A DNA stretch of 23,674 bases from assembly GCA_031416315.1 (NCBI GenBank), contig JANOTL010000173.1:1-23674 (forward strand), read 5' to 3'. The first letter of the stretch is position 1. Each line of letters begins with the position of its first letter. The notes under the pieces are model-generated. The model worked only from the letters and a program-made list of their open reading frames with translations. It made no database searches and was not told the DNA's origin. This stretch comes from Pseudomonadota bacterium (GTDB lineage Bacteria > Bdellovibrionota_B > Oligoflexia > Oligoflexales > CAIYRB01). Positions 20,401-23,674 of this stretch are shown here, piece after piece. A program made the translations under genes and the position numbers.

Positions 20401-22085
20401 GCGGCTCTGACCGGCAGGAAGATGCCCACGCCGTCGACTTCCACCGTGAAGCCGGCGGCGTCCTGCGAGATGACGATCTGCGTGCCGCCGACCATAAAGT
20501 CGCGCGCCTGGCCCGAGCGCATGGTGCGCGGATCGAGCTCGACGGTCGCGCCCGAGGCGAAGCTCAGCGTGATCCGGCCGCCGTCGCCCACGTCGATGCC
20601 CTTGAAGCTGTGACCCAAGGCCGAGCTCGAAGACGTCGTGCGCCGCGGGGCGGGCATGATCGGCGTCGCCTCGGGGATCTCCTCCGGCTCCATGTCGACC
20701 TCGACGATGTCGTCGTGATCGATCTCCAGGTTCTCGAACGAGTCGTCGACGCCCAGGTTCTCGTGCACCGCTTCCACGCTGGGAAGATCGGTGTTGGTCT
20801 CGACCAGCGTCAGCGCCGCGAGGCGGTCTTCTTCGTTGTGATCTGCCTCGACGGGATGGCTTTCTTCCTCGGCGATCGACTCCTCGAGCTTGGCCTCGAA
20901 GGCGTCGGCCTCGTCCCCGTCGACCTCGAGGGCCGCCTCGCCGTCGATCGAGTCCAGGTCGAAGTCGTCCAGCGCCGGCTCCTCGACCTTGGTCGCGACG
21001 ACGAGCTTCGGCTTGTCCGCGGCGCGGACCGGCGCCTCGACCACGGGCTCGTCGTCGAACGAGAGCTCGTCCTGTCCCATTTCTTCCGGCGCGAGCTCGT
21101 CCAGGGGGATTTCTTCGGGCGAGATGTCCTCGGACAAGATCACGTCGGTCGCGAGCTCGTCGGACCCGAACTCGTCGGGCGCGATTTCCAGCTCTTCTTC
21201 GGCTTCGGACATCGTCTCGGTCTCTTCCATCATCAAGCTGCCTTCCGGCGGCGACTCTTCGCTCAGCGTCAGGTCGTCGGCCAGCATCTCGCTCGAGTCG
21301 CCGGCGTCGATCGCGATCTCGTCGTCGAGGGTCTCGCCGCCCATCGTGTCGATGATCAAATCCTCGCCGCCGACGTCGGGCTCGATGGCGATGCCGCCAA
21401 ACGGGTCGCCGGCGTCGTGGCCCGCGGCGTCCTGGCTATAGGGCGCCAAGGCGATGATGAACTCGGTCGCGCCGCAACGCTCCATGACTTCTTGGAGGCG
21501 CTCGCCGGGCTGCGCCAGCCTCTTGTAGAGGTTGACGACCTTGGTCAGGAGCGCCGGCAATTCGGCCGCCGGGACGTGCTCGGCCATGAAGGAGGCCATC
21601 TCGGGGATCTGCGAGTTCTTGCCGCCGAGGCTCACGCGATAGCCGGTCGTGTCGCCGATGACCGAGATGTCGAGCGTATGGGTCGGCACGCAGCATGCCG
21701 TGCAGCCGTTGATGCCGATCTTGAGCGCGGCGCCGAACGCTTGCTTCGCGACAGGCGCGAGCGCGAGCGACAGGTCCATGGCCGCGCCCATTGCATCTTG
21801 CTGGTGCTGCGGACAGAGCTCGCCGACGCAGTTGACCGGCTGATGCAGTCCGTCTTGGTAGTTGCGGATGCCGAGGCCGATGGCCTTCAGCTCGGCGACC
21901 ACCTGCTTCGCCTTCGCCTCGGGGACGAACAGCGCCAGGCGCTGATCCTCGGTCGCCTTGACCATGGCCGCGTCGCCGTCGCACAGCTGCGCGATCTTCT
22001 TGAGTTGCGCCGAGTTGTAGACGCCGCCGGGCGCCTCGGTGGAGAGGAGCAGCATGCCGTTGTTGAGCTTGAAGGGAGTGGCCAT
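20397..22085 (-). CDS. Sulfite/nitrite-reductase-like Fe-S module fused to a long acidic linker and a small C-terminal beta domain
   Basis: 'PGGVYNSAQLKKIA', 'KATEDQRL', 'NCVGELC', 'KIGINGCTACC', 'DISVIG', 'GYRVSLGGK', 'PGERLQEVMERCG'. About 245 D/E-rich residues follow. The likely start is ATG 22085. Confidence 0.8.
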   Translation of the reverse strand: MATPFKLNNGMLLLSTEAPGGVYNSAQLKKIAQLCDGDAAMVKATEDQRLALFVPEAKAKQVVAELKAIGLGIRNYQDGLHQPVNCVGELCPQHQQDAMGAAMDLSLALAPVAKQAFGAALKIGINGCTACCVPTHTLDISVIGDTTGYRVSLGGKNSQIPEMASFMAEHVPAAELPALLTKVVNLYKRLAQPGERLQEVMERCGATEFIIALAPYSQDAAGHDAGDPFGGIAIEPDVGGEDLIIDTMGGETLDDEIAIDAGDSSEMLADDLTLSEESPPEGSLMMEETETMSEAEEELEIAPDEFGSDELATDVILSEDISPEEIPLDELAPEEMGQDELSFDDEPVVEAPVRAADKPKLVVATKVEEPALDDFDLDSIDGEAALEVDGDEADAFEAKLEESIAEEESHPVEADHNEEDRLAALTLVETNTDLPSVEAVHENLGVDDSFENLEIDHDDIVEVDMEPEEIPEATPIMPAPRRTTSSSSALGHSFKGIDVGDGGRITLSFASGATVELDPRTMRSGQARDFMVGGTQIVISQDAAGFTVEVDGVGIFLPVRAA

Positions 22086-22092
22086 GGGCTTT

Positions 22093-22119
22093 GGATCGGC
22101 GGGTTCGGGCGGGACTTGA
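22093..22119 (-). promoter_or_regulatory. Putative sigma28 (FliA) promoter TCAAG-N14-GCCGATCC
   Basis: Matches the FliA consensus T(A/C)AAG-N14-GCCGATAA with correct spacing. It ends 7 nt before ATG 22085, which has no Shine-Dalgarno sequence. Confidence 0.6.
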
Positions 22120-22172
22120 AGTGGAGAACCCCAAGGGGAGTTGCACAATTCCAAAATTAGCACGATTTTCTC

Positions 22173-22262
22173 TGCGTCCTTTGCGTCCTTTGCGTCCTCT
22201 GCGTCCTCTGCGGTAAAAAAAATTCATGCATTCCACCGCCGAGAACCAGAGAACGCAGGGGA
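22173..22262. repeat. Intergenic 9-bp tandem repeat (TGCGTCCTY x4 plus partial) with a degenerate inverted copy
   Basis: Units start at 22173, 22182, 22191 and 22200. 'accgccgagaaccagagaacgcaggga' (22235-22262) is an imperfect reverse complement. Confidence 0.8.
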
Positions 22263-22263
22263 C

Positions 22264-22294
22264 AAAAAAAAAGCTCTTCCAAAAGGGAAGAGCT
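22264..22294 (-). terminator. Rho-independent terminator of the XRE/IrrE-like gene
   Basis: Perfect 9-bp stem AGCTCTTCC/GGAAGAGCT with a 5-nt loop, followed by a U-run on the minus strand, 25 nt past the stop. Confidence 0.85.
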
Positions 22295-22319
22295 CGGAGG
22301 CCTAAATTCACGCCGCACC

Positions 22320-23240
22320 TTACGCGAGGTGCTCCATGTAATCCCGCAGGCGCTGGTTCATCAGCGCCTTCGAGATCCAGAACGTCTCGGCGATCTGAGT
22401 CACGATGTCGATCGAGCTGTCGATGCGCTCGACTTCCTTGCGCAGCATCTTGCCCGGGACGAGCAGCATGCCGGCGAAGAGGTTGGCCTGGATGTCCAGG
22501 ACCTCGCTCGGGCTCGCCGTGAATTTCGCGCAGGCGGCGTGGCCGACGCGGCAGAGATGCTTGAAGAGCTCTTTCGCGAGCAGGAAGCGCACGTACGGGC
22601 GCATCTCCGGACCGCGGTAACGCACGACGGTCCTGGCATTCGAGCCTTCGCCGAGGAGCTCGACCTTGACGGCGGAGTCGAGCGCGTCGTCTTGCACGAG
22701 GTCGACGTTGTCGAAGAGGCGGTAGAGCTCGGGGACGTAGATCGGCGCCTCGGTGAAGCTGCCGGCGGCGAGGACGGCCTCGGCGGCGCGCGTCACGTTG
22801 ATGCGGTCGACGTCGAAGAGCTCTTCGAAGGATTTCAAGCCCGAGGGTGGAGCGACTTGGCCTTCGCCGTGCCATTTCGCGGGATTCTTGAAGTATTCCT
22901 TCTTCAGGTTCTCGAGGTGGCGGCCCGACAGCGCGAAAGCGCCGTAGCCGCGGTACTCGAAGACCGCCTCCTCGAGGCCGACCTTGCCGCCTGCGATGTC
23001 GATCAGGAGCCGCTCGTCGATCGAGAGGTGATCGGCGATCGAGCGCAGCGTGGCGAGGGCGCGAATGTTCTTCTTGCCCTTCTTCCAGTGGCTGCAGTCG
23101 GCGGGGTCGTATCCGAGGATGGCGCCTACGTCCTGGTCGATGACCTTGACGTTGCCTTCGTAACGGATCTCAAGCGCTTCCTTGCAGAACCTGAACAAGG
23201 TTGCGGAGTGCGGGTAGCGGTTCTCGGCCGTCTTTTTCAT
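22320..23240 (-). CDS. XRE-type HTH fused to an ImmA/IrrE-like (M78) domain lacking the HEXXH zinc motif
   Basis: ATG 23240. HTH 'DQDVGAILGYDPADCSHWKKG...LRSIADHL'. 'RFLLAKELFKH' replaces RFTLAHELGH. Also 'DIQANLFAGMLLVP' and 'IAETFWIS...RL'. Confidence 0.82.
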   Translation of the reverse strand: MKKTAENRYPHSATLFRFCKEALEIRYEGNVKVIDQDVGAILGYDPADCSHWKKGKKNIRALATLRSIADHLSIDERLLIDIAGGKVGLEEAVFEYRGYGAFALSGRHLENLKKEYFKNPAKWHGEGQVAPPSGLKSFEELFDVDRINVTRAAEAVLAAGSFTEAPIYVPELYRLFDNVDLVQDDALDSAVKVELLGEGSNARTVVRYRGPEMRPYVRFLLAKELFKHLCRVGHAACAKFTASPSEVLDIQANLFAGMLLVPGKMLRKEVERIDSSIDIVTQIAETFWISKALMNQRLRDYMEHLA

Positions 23241-23372
23241 GGAAAAAAACCCTCTCTCCCTGGCGTTGACGACAGAATGAAGCGAAGTCCGCGGAGGACC
23301 TGCTTCTTCGACGTCGACGCAGCGTCCTGCCGCGCCCGACACGTACGAATTGTGGTGGATGACCTTGAATCA

Positions 23373-23401
23373 ATTAGACGCGATTTTGGTCATGTGGTCA
23401 A
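23373..23401 (-). promoter_or_regulatory. Putative sigma70 promoter TTGACC-N17-TCTAAT for the XRE/IrrE-like gene
   Basis: 5/6 matches at both hexamers with a 17-nt spacer, in an AT-richer intergenic region. Confidence 0.55.
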
Positions 23402-23494
23402 GAACGCCGCCCCGCCGCATTTTCCGAGAAATCCAAGAGGAAATTGGGGAAAGCGCGAGAGGAAGGCGACATTTGCCGGGCTCATCTGCGGCAT

Positions 23495-23532
23495 AAGAAG
23501 AAGCGCCGGCATCCCGCGAGGGACGCCGGCGC
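23495..23532 (-). terminator. Probable intrinsic terminator of the gene entering from the right
   Basis: 13-bp stem GCGCCGGCGTCCC/GGGATGCCGGCGC (one G-U pair) with a 4-nt loop, followed by TTCTTCTT on the minus strand. Confidence 0.7.
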
Positions 23533-23552
23533 GCGTAGCTTGCTTTTTGGCT

Positions 23553-23674
23553 TCAGGCTTTGGGCGCCTGACGCACGATCGTCGCCGACCCTGAGGTCGA
23601 GGCCGGCTTCGCGGCGGGCTGCGTCGCGGGCGCAGCTGCCGGCGTCGGCGCGGCTGCCGGCGTCGGCGCGGCTG
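23553..23674 (-). CDS. 3' end of an unidentified gene with an Ala/Pro-rich tail
   Basis: Reads ...AAPTPAAAPTPAAAPATQPAAKPASTSGSATIVRQAPKA* with an 18-bp tandem duplication, and is followed by a terminator-like hairpin. Confidence 0.6.
   Translation of the reverse strand, partial: AAPTPAAAPTPAAAPATQPAAKPASTSGSATIVRQAPKA

Noticed and set aside
22173..22212. CRISPR array
   Set aside because: The units are 9 bp and contiguous, with no spacers and no cas genes.
20382..22875. ORFs 20382-22160+ and 21436-22875-
   Set aside because: Shadow frames of the SIR-like and IrrE-like genes. The second runs through a terminator and a repeat.
9051..23240. Prophage or ICE suggested by the O-like and ImmA-like genes
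   Set aside because: No integrase, structural genes, att-like repeats or broad compositional shift. The two genes are more than 12 kb apart among cellular genes.

Overview
High-GC bacterial chromosomal window, densely coding, with no phage, IS, CRISPR, tRNA or rRNA elements visible. Gene content suggests a Bdellovibrionota/Oligoflexia-like or other deltaproteobacterial organism (inference only). Left to right: (1) an Fe3+/thiamine-family ABC substrate-binding protein and permease (minus); (2) a plus-strand operon with a DEDDh exonuclease, methylcrotonyl-CoA carboxylase beta, AtuA/DUF1446, enoyl-CoA hydratase, carboxylase alpha and an orphan winged-helix protein resembling the lambda-O/DnaD N-terminus; (3) a tightly coupled four-gene minus-strand envelope operon of three lipoproteins (one with two CxxCH motifs, one with long Thr- and Pro/Tyr-repeat stalks) plus a Tat-exported DUF1501-like protein; (4) a divergent beta-barrel+OmpA protein; (5) a putative sigma54-driven pair of a lipoprotein serine protease and a secreted protein whose last 60 residues are 29 Tyr + 4 Trp; (6) a putatively sigma28-driven, leaderless sulfite-reductase-like Fe-S domain fused to a very acidic linker; (7) an XRE-HTH/IrrE-like protein with its zinc ligands replaced; and the 3' end of one more gene. 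The best candidates for an undescribed system are (3), (5) and (6).
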